DNA from: Malacoraja senta
Lineage: Eukaryota
DNA length: 64,000 nucleotides
NCBI GenBank assembly: GCA_038087875.1
Contig: CM075993.1
Span: 5,954,001 to 6,018,000 of the forward strand
Reading direction: 5' to 3'
The notes beneath the pieces were generated by a model. The model was given only the letters and a program-made list of their open reading frames with translations, had not been told where the DNA came from and did no database searches. The translations under genes were made by a program, and so were the position numbers. Below, piece after piece: positions 35,479 to 47,660 of this stretch. The number at the start of each line of letters is the position of its first letter. Within the stretch, counting starts at the first letter, position 1.

Positions 35479-35888
35479 TACCGTTACTTATAAAGCAAAG
35501 ACACAGGCCCTTCAGTCCACCGAAACTATCCCCACCACCATACTCATTTACACTCATCCCAATTAATTCTTCCCGCATTCCCTTCAACTCTGCCAGAATC
35601 TACCCCTCACCCACACACTATACCGATTAATCCATCGATCTTCACGTCTTTGGGATGTGGGAGGAAACGCACAAAGTCACAGGGAGAGATCATGCAAACT
35701 CCACATAGACAGCACGGGAGATCGGGATCCGAACCGGGTCGCTGCAGCTGTGAGGCTCTGCCAGCTGAGCAACTGTGAAATTAGTTTGATGAACACCACA
35801 AGGCATCTCGCCACATGGATGGGGGATACCACGATGCAGGTGAACGACACGAGGGGTTGATCTACTGACCTTGGTTCTATCATCGACA

Positions 35889-36191
35889 GTGGTGGCATGG
35901 TGGCACAGCGGTAGAGTTGCTGCCTCACAGCGCCAGAGACCCAGGTTCAATCCTGACTAAGGGTGCTGTCTGTGTGGAGTTTGTACGTTCTCCCCATGAC
36001 CTGTGTGGGTTTTCTCCAGGTGCTCTGGATTCCTCCCACATTTCAAAGATGTATGGTAGGTTAATTGGGTTCGGTAAAAATTATAAATTGTCCCTGGAGT
36101 GTAGGATAGTGCTTGAGTGCAAGAGTTCGTTGGTTGGTGCAGACTCGGTGGGCAGAAGGGCATGTTTCCGTGCTGTATCTCTAAACTAAAC
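35889..36191 (+). mobile_element. tRNA-derived SINE
   Basis: Same family. Confidence 0.85.
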
Positions 36192-36244
36192 CATTGGAGC
36201 AGGGGGAAGGAGAATTATAGACATTCAGACATCCGGGATATTTA

Positions 36245-36687
36245 AGGGCCTGTCCCACTTACGCGATTTTTTCGCCGACTTGCCGGCACCCGTCATAGTC
36301 GCAGCAGGTCGCCGAAAATGTTCAAAATGTCGAAATTCCAGCGGCGACCAGAAAAAGGTACGACTCTTTGGGCGGCTACTCCGATGTCGCGGGGTGACGC
36401 CTGTTTGGCGGTGAGTAGCCGCCCAAAGGAGTCGTACCTTTTTCTGGTTGCCGCTGGATTTTCGACATTTTGACATTTTCAGCGACCTGCTGCAACTATG
36501 ACGGGTCAAGTCAAGTCAGGTCAGGTTTATTTGTCACATACACATACAAGATGTGCGGTGAAATGAAAGTGGCAATGCCTGCGGATTGTGCAAAAACTAC
36601 AGAACAGCATAGAACAGAATCAGTATTTACATATTTGAAGGGGAAAAAAAAGTCGCTGAAAAAAAACGTGTAAGTGGGACAGGCCCT
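36245..36687. mobile_element. PIF/Harbinger-type MITE with an inserted LINE tail (~36506-36640); same body as 61572-61798
   Basis: Same TIR; TTA TSD. Confidence 0.83.
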
Positions 36688-36855
36688 TTACTCATATTGG
36701 AGATGGTTCATTGTTGCTACTGTTGCTGTTTGAGTGTTTTAGTAGACGGAATCCTTCAGATATCACATCGAGACACTGCATTTTGATGGAAGCATTATTT
36801 ATGGAATTATGAGAAAATAAGGCTAATTGCAATAAACACCTGTAAATCAACTTAC

Positions 36856-36880
36856 CATAAAAGGAGTTGCCTTAAATTGC
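36856..36880 (-). CDS. STRC: STRC coding exon 3, 25-nt microexon (G)NLRQLLL(W)
   Basis: ttcttctctcttgcag|GCAATTTAAGGCAACTCCTTTTATG|gtaagt; bridges phase 1 to phase 2 exactly. Confidence 0.9.
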
Positions 36881-37003
36881 CTGCAAGAGAGAAGAAACCT
36901 TTAAATTAGATAATGAACGACACCAGGATGCATGAGATTTTAAACATTCATTAGTTCGGCTGTAAATGGAAAACTGGAAGCGGATACAAGAGGATCAGAC
37001 TTA

Positions 37004-37388
37004 AGGGCCTATCCCACGAGCATGCGACTCCATGCGGCAAGCACGACCTAACGTGGTCGCTTGAGCCGCACTTCAATCGCCGGAGCCGTATGGAGTTGTG
37101 CGGAGCTGGTCCCGACATCGCGCGGGGCTCCGAAAAACTGACCGTGTTCAAAAATTCCGCGCGGCAATGGCCTGCCGGCCCGCAGCCGCCTCGACGCCAT
37201 GCGCACCGCCTCGACGGGCGTGCGCAGCGTCTGAACGGCGTACGCAGCGTCTTGACGCCGTACGCCATGCGCGAACTTCCCGCGGACTTCGCTCGAACTT
37301 CACGCCACTCACTCGACCTCCGCGCGGCCCCCGCTTCCGGTTTGGTGGCGGTGCCGCATGCAGGTCGCATGCCCGTGGGGCAGGCCCT
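37004..37388. mobile_element. PIF/Harbinger-type MITE, CpG-rich body
   Basis: AGGGCCTATCCCACG / CGTGGGGCAGGCCCT; TTA/TAA flanks. Confidence 0.8.
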
Positions 37389-37892
37389 TAAGAGTCCATG
37401 GGGACTACAGAGTCAAGGTTTACCTGATAGGTGCCAGAAATGAGGTGTGATGGGTTGGAAAGAAAAGTGATATTAGAGACACATGGAACTGCAGACTGGC
37501 ATTATTAACAACTCTGAACTTGAAGGATATAAAATAGTGCCAGAAAAATGGCGACTCATGCACTGGCTCAATGTAATCTTCGATCTCGTACCCTTGGACT
37601 TAAATACGACTGAGCCTAATGTATAGCAAGATTATTACTGAACTGTATGCATAAAATAATGTCACTGTACGTAGGTGCATGCAACAATGAAGTACCATTT
37701 ACTGATTTACAATACTTTTATAATTTTGATTTACAGAAATGATGGACAACCATTTACAAACGCTGATTTACTGATTTTAAAAAAACACCAAAGTGCTGGA
37801 GTGACTCCGTGGGTTGGGCAGCATCTGTGGGATGAAGAAGGGTCTCGACCTGAAACATCGCCTGTCCTCATCCTCCACTGATGCTCAGCACA

Positions 37893-38343
37893 CTGTCATA
37901 TGCTGAGAGAATGGAGCGGCTGGGCTTGTACACTCTGGAGTTTAGAAGGATGAGAGGGCATCTCATTGAAACATATTAGATTGTTAAGGGTCTGGGCACG
38001 CTAGAGGCAGGAAACATGTTCCCGATGTTGGGGGGAGTCCAGAACCAGGGGCTACACACAGTTTAAGAATAAGGAGTAAAGCCATTTAGAACGGAGACGA
38101 GGAAACACTTTTTCTCACAGAGAGTGGTGAGTGTGGAATTCTCTGCCTCAGAGGGCGGTGGAGGCAGGTTCTCTGGATTCTTTCAAGAGAGAGCTAGATA
38201 GGGCTCTTAAAAATAGCAGAGTCAGGGGATATGGGGAGAAGGCAGGAACGGGGTACTGATTGGGGATGATCAGCCATGATCACATTGAATGGTGGTGCTG
38301 GCTCGAAGGGCCGAATGGCCTACTCCTGCACCTATTGTCTATT
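37893..38343 (+). mobile_element. CR1 LINE 3' fragment
   Basis: Same young subfamily. Confidence 0.88.
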
Positions 38344-38522
38344 AATGCTGCTTGACATGCTGAGTTACACCCACACTTTGTGTATTTCTATCGAGGGTCT
38401 TTAAAAAGAGCATGCCCTTTATTGCAGAGGTTAGAACATTGTTTCACGGGGAAACTGTACTCAGGACAATTGGAGATGGCCCCAGTTACAGACGAACCTC
38501 CTCAATTGTAATTCCTACTTGC

Positions 38523-39587
38523 CTGCAGAACATTTCCCATTTTGATCGGATCGAGGGATTCCAAGAACAGAGGATGCCTCGTTTACCAGAGAGCCCGTCA
38601 TCCGTGATACCTTCCTCTTGAAGTTGGTGTAGACAGAGGTCCCGACCTTGCGTAAAATGTTCTGCCTCAGCTCCTGCAGCCCGGCCCACCAGGCGTCCTC
38701 GCCCCAGGTGGTTCGGGGTCGGTTCACCGCGGCGGTCACCCCCGAGCCTCCCCTCCTGCCACTGGGCTTGGAAAGAATCTGCAGAAGACTCTGCGCGGCG
38801 TTCCCATTCCCCACTGCGTTTGCAGCATCTCCGTCGCTCCCGGACTCTTGGAGATCAATCCAAGCTCGGAATCTCTCACTTCTGGGAGGTGGTCCGTTGG
38901 GCTGCAAGTTGACCACTGATTTCCAGTTCTTCCAATCGAGCAACTTGCCCAGATGTTCAAGCCAATCCACGTTAATGCTACAATCTCTGTGTCCAGTTAA
39001 GGAACACATCAACTCCTGAATACTGGCTTCGGCCTGTGCAAACGTCCCACCGAACAAAGCCTGGGCGAAAGTTTCAATCAACCCAACCAACATCTCCCAG
39101 TTCTCCTTTTGGAAAACCCAACCGAGCAGCTGGTGGTTGGTTAACAAATCCAAGATACTCTGCAGAAGTTCAACAAGACTGTCCAGGTCTCTGCTGGCCC
39201 TTAACGAAACAAAGAGGTCCACCAGCTCCAGAGTGGCCCTGGGCGGAGATACATTCTCCACCTCTTCGGAATCCAGAGAGTTCAAATGGAAGCTTTCAGC
39301 AGCGGGATCCTGGGGGTTGCTGCTTTGCAAATACAGGGAGATGTTGTAGAGAAATGCGGAGAAGCGTTTGCTGTCCAGTGTGTGTTTGGTCAGGAAAGAG
39401 GCCACATTCTGTTGAGGTAGTGTACCCAAAGTTCTGAGTCCACCCATTAAACTGGAGATCAGAGACTGAATCCTTTTGGAATCTTTGGGACCTGATCTTG
39501 CATGGGCCGGGATATGATCGGCGTCTCCTTCACCCAACAAGCGTGCAACATCCTTCAGCAGTTCCACATATTGGTTAATCCCATTAC
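38523..39587 (-). CDS. STRC: STRC coding exon 2 (1065 nt)
   Basis: Lies within ORF 38515-39660. Acceptor tttctttttccag|GT. Ends ...NGKCSA(G) at the non-canonical donor G|GCAAGT. Phase 1-1. Confidence 0.88.
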
Positions 39588-39672
39588 CTGGAAAAAGAAA
39601 GGATCGACATTGAGGATTTATAACAAAGTGAATGGCCAGGTCTATCCATATGGTGGACATTATTGTCCTGTT

Positions 39673-39790
39673 TCAGTGCTGATCTCATTTTCAACCCCCT
39701 AGAGGGTGGCAGCTTCGTCCGCCCCGGGCGTCTCCCCGGGGCGGACGAAGCTGCCACCCTCTAGGGGGTTGAAAATGAGATCAGCACTGA
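39673..39790. repeat. Perfect 56-bp inverted repeat, 6-nt loop
   Basis: 39673-39728 is the exact reverse complement of 39735-39790. Confidence 0.95.
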
Positions 39791-40410
39791 TTGATCAGGC
39801 CCGTTCGCGGAGCTTGGATTCGGCCGGGGGACTTACCATCACCCGGCGGGGGGGGGGGGGGGAGGGGGGGTGCCAACATCGAAAGCCTGGATCGCCTCAA
39901 CGCAGAGGGAGAACAAGCAAGGAAGAGATAAGACTTTAAGACTTTTTGCCTTCCATCACAGTGAGGAGGTGCCTGGTAGACTCACTGTGGTGGATGTTAA
40001 ACTGTGTTAAACTGTGTTCATTGTGTGTTCTGTTACTTTATTTTCCGTCATGACTGCAAGGTATGCAATTTCGTTCAAACTAAAAGTTTGAATGACAATA
40101 AAGGAAACTCTAAACTCTCTAAGGTAGACAAAAGTGCTGGAGAAACTCAGCGGCTGAGGCAGCATTTATGGAGCGAAGGAAATAGGCAACGTTTCGGGCC
40201 GAAACCCTTCTTCAAACTCTACTCTAAACTCTCTAGCCACTCTGAATGTGACCAAGAGCTGCCTGACCCGCTGAGCTATTCCAGCACTTTGAGTGAATCT
40301 CTTATCTACCTACACATAAACCATATGTGGTTTATGAAAAAGTACGTTGGAGTAACTCAGTGGGCCAGGCAGCATCTGTGGAGGACATGGATAGGTGAAG
40401 TTTCTCTTAC

Positions 40411-40471
40411 CGGCGCTGTGGGAGGTCACCAGCAGAATGAGGGTCAGCACAAGCCGGGAGGGAAGCACCAT
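40411..40471 (-). CDS. STRC: STRC coding exon 1, signal peptide MVLPSRLVLTLILLVTSHSA(G)
   Basis: GCAATGG Kozak-like start, hydrophobic 20-aa leader, G|GTAAGA phase-1 donor matching the next exon. An upstream acceptor at 40567 implies a 5'UTR part. Confidence 0.8.
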
Positions 40472-40771
40472 TGCCGCTGAGCAACGCAAGCTCTTGCCTC
40501 TGGGAGATGGCAGCCTTCAGGTCTCGGCGAACGTGTCCTCTCTGCACGACTCACACTCCTTGCGATCCTGTTAGAGGTACAATCAGAGACATTCTGAACA
40601 CGAGCACCCTCTTTCTCCATCACAGATGCAATGCGGACCAGGCCCCATGTTCACACATTTAATATCTTAATGGAATTAGGAATGATGGGGGGGTCCAGAA
40701 ACGGCCTCTTCCTTGCTGTTATCAGTCTTCTGAACGGTCCTCCCATAAGCTAGGGGGCAGTCCTGATCTCA

Positions 40772-41172
40772 TTTAGAAGGATGAGAGGATATCTTATTGA
40801 AACATATAAGATTGTTAAGGGCTTGGACACGCTAGAGGCAGGAAACGTGTTCCCGATGTTGGGGGAGTCCAGAACCAGGGGCCACAATTTAAGAATAAGG
40901 AGTAAGCCATTTAGAACGGAGACGAGGAAACACTTTTTCTCACAGAGAGTTGTGAGTCTGTGGAATTCTCTGCCTCAGAGGGCGGTGGAGGCAGGTTCTC
41001 TGGATGCTTTCAAGAGAGAGCTAGATAGGGCTTAAAATTAAGAGTCAGGGGATATGGGGAGAAGGCAGGAAGGGGGTACTGATTGGGTATGATCAGCCAT
41101 GATCACATTGAATGGCGGTGCTGGCTCGAAGGGCCAAATGGCCTACTCCTGCACCTATTGTCTATTGTCTAT
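40772..41172 (+). mobile_element. CR1 LINE 3' fragment
   Basis: MRGYLIETYKIVKG...; tail. Confidence 0.9.
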
Positions 41173-42662
41173 TTGGGATGCTCTCACTCCATTACATCCC
41201 TCACCCTGACCCCAGCACCGAGTCCCTCCATAACCCCTTCTGCCCTCCATTCTCTGCCACTTCTCCAATTTGAGCCTCTTGGTCATCCACAAATGGAACA
41301 ACTCCAGCCTGTTCAGCCGTGCCTTCAACAAGCCTGGTCCTCAGCTCCAAAATCCCACTTGATGTAGCGTTTGCTCTTTAACATTACATGAATGTTGTGC
41401 CTTGGCGTTATGGAGGAAGTTATTGAGCAGTGAAAGGCCTGCGATAGAGGGCATGTGGAGAGGATGTTTCCACTGGTGGGGGAGTCTAGAGGACCAGAGG
41501 CCAAAGCCTCAGAATAAAAGGACGTACCTTTACACGAGGAAGAATTTCTTTAGTCAGAAGGTGGTGAATGTGTGGAATTCATTGCCACAGATGGATGTGG
41601 AGGCCAAGTCAATGGATAAAGATGGAGATTGAAAGATGCTTGATTATAGACAATAGACAATAGACTAGTAAGGGTGTCAAAGGATATAGGGAGAAGGCAG
41701 GCGAATGGGGTTGAGAGGGAAAGATAGATCAGCCATGATTGTCAAAGAAGGAACTGCAGATGCTGGAAAATCGGAGGTACACAAAATCAGCCATGATTGA
41801 ATGGCAGAGTAGACTCGATGGGCTGAATGGCCGAATTCTGCTCCTAGAATTCGTGAACATGAGTGTGGACACAAGATTGACGAGGACAAGGCTCTAATAT
41901 CAACCCTCCCCCCATAACCCAAGCCCACAGCCCCAGGGAACATTCTAGTGAGTCTCTTCTGCATCCTCTTTCGAACCTGAGTGGAGAACCAAGTTTTCAA
42001 AAACATTCTTGAAAACTGCATAGAATTTTATTTTTAAATCTGTCGAGCGCGATAAATGATGTCAAAACAAGACTCTAAAAGAGGCTGCAATAGCAGTTTT
42101 GGATTGAAATTGCAGTGTCTGCCATCAGTCACACTATTTGAAGTTAGCTGCATGTTGATTGCTGCTCATAGCTTTAACTCACCCACCTTCAATTCAGCAA
42201 ACACTTTGCTCACTCCCCATGTCTTAATCGTTTTAGAGACATAGTCATACAGCGAGGAAGCAGGCCCTTCGGCCCAACTTGCCCCTGTTGACCAACTTGC
42301 CCCATCTACGTTGGTCCCACCTGCCTGCGTTTGGCCCATATCCATCTAAACCTGTCCTAGCCATGTACCTATCTAATTATTTCTTAAATGTTGCAATAGT
42401 CGCTGCCTCAACTACCTCCTCTGGCAGCTTGTTCCATACACCCACCACCCTTTGTGTGAAAAAGTTACCCCTTCAGATTCCTACTAAATCTTTCCCACTT
42501 CAACTTAAAGCTATGTCCTCTGCTTCTCGATTCCCCGACCCTGGGCAAGAGACTCTGTGCGTCTCTTCCTCTCATGATTTTATATACTTCGATTCTACTA
42601 AATAGTCAGAAGCTCCGTAATAAACGTAGATAGACAAGGGAGAATTCATCTTATAGCATTAC

Positions 42663-42836
42663 CTGGTAACTTTCAGCACGATCTGTGAACTTCATTGGAA
42701 TGAACCGTTCTCAGTGTTACACTAAGCCGCTCTGACTCCGACCGCAGTCCTCAGCTTCTTTAGGACAAGTTTCCATCCACCACAGATCGGAGGTCAGATT
42801 TCCACAAACATGCTGGGGTGCAATTACTTCTTTATA
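42663..42836 (-). promoter_or_regulatory. Candidate STRC TATA box and non-coding first exon
   Basis: Minus-strand TATAAA at 42836-42831, followed ~170 nt later by the donor CAG|GTAATG at 42663. The ATG exon has an upstream acceptor at 40567. Inference only. Confidence 0.35.
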
Positions 42837-43974
42837 ATTATTCTAATCGAGATTTAAAAGTTTAATTGTTTTACCTTTTATCTTACTACATGTTGCATCC
42901 ACGCTAGGGTAGCTGTTGAAGCTTACAAGAGTGGATTTCCAGGCTATTGAACGGAGAGTCGCTGCACAGCCGAGTTGCCTTTTGTTCTTGTTGAATGTCA
43001 ATGAATTTCCTGACAAGGTGTCAGATTAGAACCTGCAAGGTCTAACTGCCCCAAGGCAAAGATTAGCAAGGACATTTTGTAATGGGACACAAGGAACGAT
43101 ACATTGGTAGCTTTTTCATGGATAGGAATCAGAAGACCATGTAGCCCCTCAAGTTTATTCCATCATTAAACATGGAAGTAGCTCACGATGACTGTCCCAT
43201 TGGCCTCATTGTGCCCCCCCCCCTACTTCAACACACACCTCTCTTTGATTCTATTGAGCTCAACCTGAATATAGTCAGAGAGCTATACAGTATGGAAGCA
43301 GGCCCTTCGGCCCAACTCATCTGTGCCGACCAAGTTGCCCACCCTAGCAAGCCCCATTTGCCTGCGTCTGGCACATATCCCTCTATCCTATCCATGAACC
43401 TGCCCAAATATCTTGTGAATGTTATTTTATCCACCTCCACCACTTCCTCTGACAGCTTGTTCCAAATATCTTTCAAGAGAGAGCTAGATAGAGCTCTTAA
43501 AAATAGCAGAGTCAGGGGATATGGGGAGAAGGCAGGAATGGGGTACTGATTGGGGATGATCAGCCATGATCACATTGAATGGCGGTGCTGGCTCGATGGG
43601 CCAAATGGCCTACTCCTGCACCTATTGTCTATTGTCTATACCCATCACTCTCTGGGTAAAAATGTTGCCCCTCAGGTTCCTATTAAATCTTTCCCCTCTC
43701 AATCTCTAGCCTTTAGTTTAAGACTCTGCTGTGCTGGGGAAACATAGACTGTGATCATTCACTGTTGCTCTGGCCCTCGTGATTTTCCGCACCTCTCGAA
43801 GGTCAGCCCTCAGCCTCCTACACCGCGGGGAATAAAGCCCCAATCTATCCAGCTTCTCCTTATAAAGTCAAAGCCTCCAGTCCATGTAACACCCTTGTAA
43901 ATCTGTTTGCACCCTCTCCAGCTTAATCACATCCTTCCTACAACTGGGTAACCAGAACTGAACATGATGTTCTA

Positions 43975-44168
43975 AGGAAGACAAAAATGCTGGAGAAACT
44001 CAGCGGGCGAGGCAGCATCTATGGAGCGAAGGAAATAGGCAACGTTTCGGGCCGGCCCGAAACGTTGCCTATTTCCTTTGCTCCATAGATGCTGCCTCAC
44101 CCGCGGAGTTCCTCCAGCATTTTTGTCTACCTTTCGATTTTTCCAGCATCTGCAGTTCCTTCTTAAAC
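43975..44168. mobile_element. Palindromic Penelope-like repeat
   Basis: Arms meet at GTTTCGGGCC|GGCCCGAAAC. Confidence 0.75.
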
Positions 44169-45652
44169 AACGATATTCTAAGTGTTGTCTCAGCAACGAC
44201 TTGAAGCCCGAACTCTGAAACATTCTGCCCTGATAGAAAGCGGGATTAAAATTCAAACACCCCACACACTTGCTCGTTTACCAGCCAGGCCAGGAGGCCA
44301 CAGTTTCACTGAAGCAATACTTACAATCAGAATTCAATCATGCCCTCGCCATCCCTAACTGTTGCTGTGTCCGTCCCCTCAACCATCTACACTTTGCCCT
44401 CTCCTCCAACTCTCAAGTCCACCTGGAACAAAGACGACACACAGGCACACTAAATGATTTAGAAGCCTCTAACCTGTACACACTCAGTTCTCGCTCGCTG
44501 GCTAGCTAGCTAGCTAGCTTTCCATTCACCCCAGCTATCCAAGTGTAATCCTCCGGCATTAATCAGGGTAATTAAACAAACTGAAATTGAAAGTTCAGAG
44601 CCAGATACCTAGAGATTCATAAGGCAGGGACAAATTAATCAGTGCAGCCAGTCCATTGCAAACTAGGCACTCATTCAGATCCTGCATTTAATCATTAAAT
44701 TGGGTTTGCAATCCGAGAACACGCCAAGAAAACTCCTAACTCCATTCCATCATCATTGTACGTTTCGAGTACAATGCAATGCACTTATTACTGCATAAAT
44801 AATGCAGCAGAAACCAGTCAATCCACAAAAGCAAGGGCAGAGGAGAAACCAAAACCCATTTGATTCATTAGCCAGTTCAATGAAAGTGGTTCGGTTGCCA
44901 TGACGACTTATTTTAAAAGTGAATGTTGGCAGATTAACAATCTGCGATGCCAAAAACCACTGTACATTATCAGATAGCTCGATGACATAACAAGGCCTTA
45001 TTACTTACGGAACAAACTTTATCAATAGTGCCATGCTTGTCCTTTCACAGGGACTACCTGACCCGCTGAGGGCAGCACATTGGCACGGCTGGTAGAGCTA
45101 TGCCTCACAGCACCAAGCAGCCAGGATTGAATCCGACCTTGGGTGTAGTCTGTGTGGAGTTTGCACGTCCTTTGTGACTGCGTACCTTTTCTTCAGTTCC
45201 CCACCACATCCTAAAGACGTGCGGGTTATCGGGTTAATTGGCACTCTGAAAATTGCCCCAAGTGTGTAGGGAATGGGTGAGCGAGTGGGATACCATAGAT
45301 CTAGTGCGGACAGGAGGAGATCGACGGTCATCATAGACCCAGTGGGCCAAAGGATCTGATTCCAGGCTGCATCTTTCAAAATGTTTTTTTTTTACTCTTG
45401 GTATATGGGGTGCTGCTGGTAATGTCAGAATTTATTATCCATGTTTAACTATCTTTGAGAAAGTTGGCGAGCTGTCGCTTTAGGATAGTGTGCACTTGCT
45501 GCAATTATTGTGGATGGCAGATTGAGCAAGGTGGTAATACCACAGGGGGGGGGGGGGTCTTGATGCCACTGGCAGAACATTGGATGAGCAAAGGCAGCCC
45601 GTGGTCAATTCCCCTCAAATTGATATGTCACTGAACTCTCTTGCCAAGGTAA

Positions 45653-45844
45653 AGGGCCTGTCCCACTTTCACAACCTTTTTTACTCGTGGACATTTATCA
45701 TCAGGCTAGAAAAAACGCCCCGACCTACTTGATGCCACGAGTACCTACGACTAGCATCACGGCCTGCTACGACCAATCTACGACTTCCTGCGACCATGAG
45801 TCAAGGGCAAACACGGCAGAGGTCGTGAAAGTGGGACAGGTCCT
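45653..45844. mobile_element. PIF/Harbinger-type MITE
   Basis: Same TIR; TAA TSD. Confidence 0.82.
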
Positions 45845-46483
45845 TAATGGCCTTTCAGCATAAAGTAACAAGAGCAAAGTTCTTCATAAGTCATAGGAGC
45901 AGAATGGCTTGGCCTCCACATCAGTCTGTGGCAATGAATTCCGCAGATTCAGCACCCTCTGGCTAAAGGAATTCCTTGTCTTGGCACGAAGAGGGACACA
46001 AAAAGCTGGAGTAACTCAGCGGGACAGGCAGCATCTCTGGGAGAGAATGGGTGACGTTTCGGGCCGAGACCCTTCTTCAGACCCATGGCTCTACTGCACA
46101 AAAGGAGGGGGGAAAGAGGTGCAGTGCAAGGGATTAAAGGGTAGCGCTTCTGTGAAGGTGGCGGTTAGGGAGAATGATACTCCAAGGTCGTGTGTTGCTT
46201 CTCTTGTGCCATGGCAAGTCAAATATATCTTTGAACAGCTGCAAGACTTTCTGAAGAGGATGGTGAATATCCAGTGGTCATGGTCCACATAAGAGTGCTT
46301 ATCCTGGAGTTATAGCACGTACTTTGTGCTTTAATTGTAAAAAATAGCAAAAGAATGTGATCCTGCAGCATGAATTTAAGAATCATGAGGGGAATTTAGA
46401 AAACAGCTCAATACAGTAATTTTAGGATGACTTCCTGTTCCATGTAATAAAAGGTGCAAGATTAGGAGAATTGATCAGATGAA

Positions 46484-46950
46484 TAGACAATAGACAATAG
46501 ACAATAGGTACAGGGGTAGGTCATTTGGCCCTTCGAGCCAGCACCACCATTCAATGTGATCATGGCTGATCATCCCCAATCAGTACCCCGTTCCTGCCTT
46601 CTACCCATATCCCCTGAGAGCCCTATCTAGCTCTCTCTTGAGAACATCCAGAGAACCTGCCTCCACCGCCCTCTGAGGCGGAGGATTCCACAGACTCACC
46701 ACTCTCTGTGAGAAAAAGTGTTTCCTCATCTCTGTTCTAAATGGCTTACTCCTTATTCCTAAACTGTGGCCCCTGGTTCTGGACTCCCCCAACATCGGGA
46801 ACATGTTTCCTGCCTCTAGCTTGTCCAGACCCTTAACAATCTTATATGTTTCAATGAGATACCCTCTCATCCTTCTAAACTCCAGAGTGTACAAGCCCAG
46901 CTGCTCCATTCTCTCAGCATATGACAGTCCCGCCATCCTGGGAATTAACC
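46484..46950 (-). mobile_element. CR1 LINE 3' fragment
   Basis: Same subfamily; (ACAATAG)n tail on the plus strand. Confidence 0.9.
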
Positions 46951-47365
46951 TTGCAGGCATGCATCGCAGATAAACCAGCAATGTGGGAGGAATTTAGATT
47001 TCTGAAACATCAGCACCAATTTCTGGGGAAGGTGGGGCTTGTACAAGTAGAAGAGGATGCTCCCAGGCAAGACCACACCAATGTACTTCTAAGGGCATTT
47101 GCTTGTGTTGTTGGGAAGGATTTAAATGAGGGATGAGAAACAGGCAGAGTCATATGTGAAATAATGCTATCATGATTAAGGTTTAAAAGTCTGACGAATT
47201 TGAGTCCCCATTTTCATGGCAAGTTAGACGAATCAACTGCCCCATGAACTGTAAATAGAAATGGCCAGGTGGTGATGACAAAGACAGAGAAATAAACAAT
47301 ATTCAGGAAGATGGCCAAAAGTGGAAAGAAGGTGGCGTAGTGTGTTAGCAAGAGGGTCTCTTACA

Positions 47366-47660
47366 GGCGGTCACAGTGGTGCAGCGGCAGAGTTGCTGCC
47401 TTACAGCGAATGCAGCGCCGAAGACCCGGGTTCCATCCCGACTACGGGTGCTGTCTGTACGGAGTTTGTACATTCTCCCCGTGACCTGCGTGGGTTTCCT
47501 CCTACACTCCAAAGACGTACAGGTTTGTAGGTTAATTGGCTTGGTAAATGTAAAAATTGTCCCTAGTGGGTGTAGGATAGTGTTATTGTGCGGGGATCGC
47601 CGATCCACGCGGTCCCGGTGGGCCGAAGGGCCCGTTTCCGTGCTGTATCTCTAAACTAAA
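47366..47660 (+). mobile_element. tRNA-derived SINE
   Basis: Same family. Confidence 0.85.

Larger units (their letters stand above)
893..40471 (-). other. STRC: Stereocilin gene span (coding exons 1-18; 3' part continues beyond the left edge of the window)
   Basis: 18 exons with phase-compatible splice sites, translating to recognisable stereocilin motifs (GNLRQLLLWGVKNNISWD, LLNCFSPLLWDLL, EYLLMPQENFRKLL, VDVLCRLGHLLPGL, WSPQQAQF, LAERALQLL). Identified from recall of vertebrate STRC, not from a database search. Confidence 0.93.
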
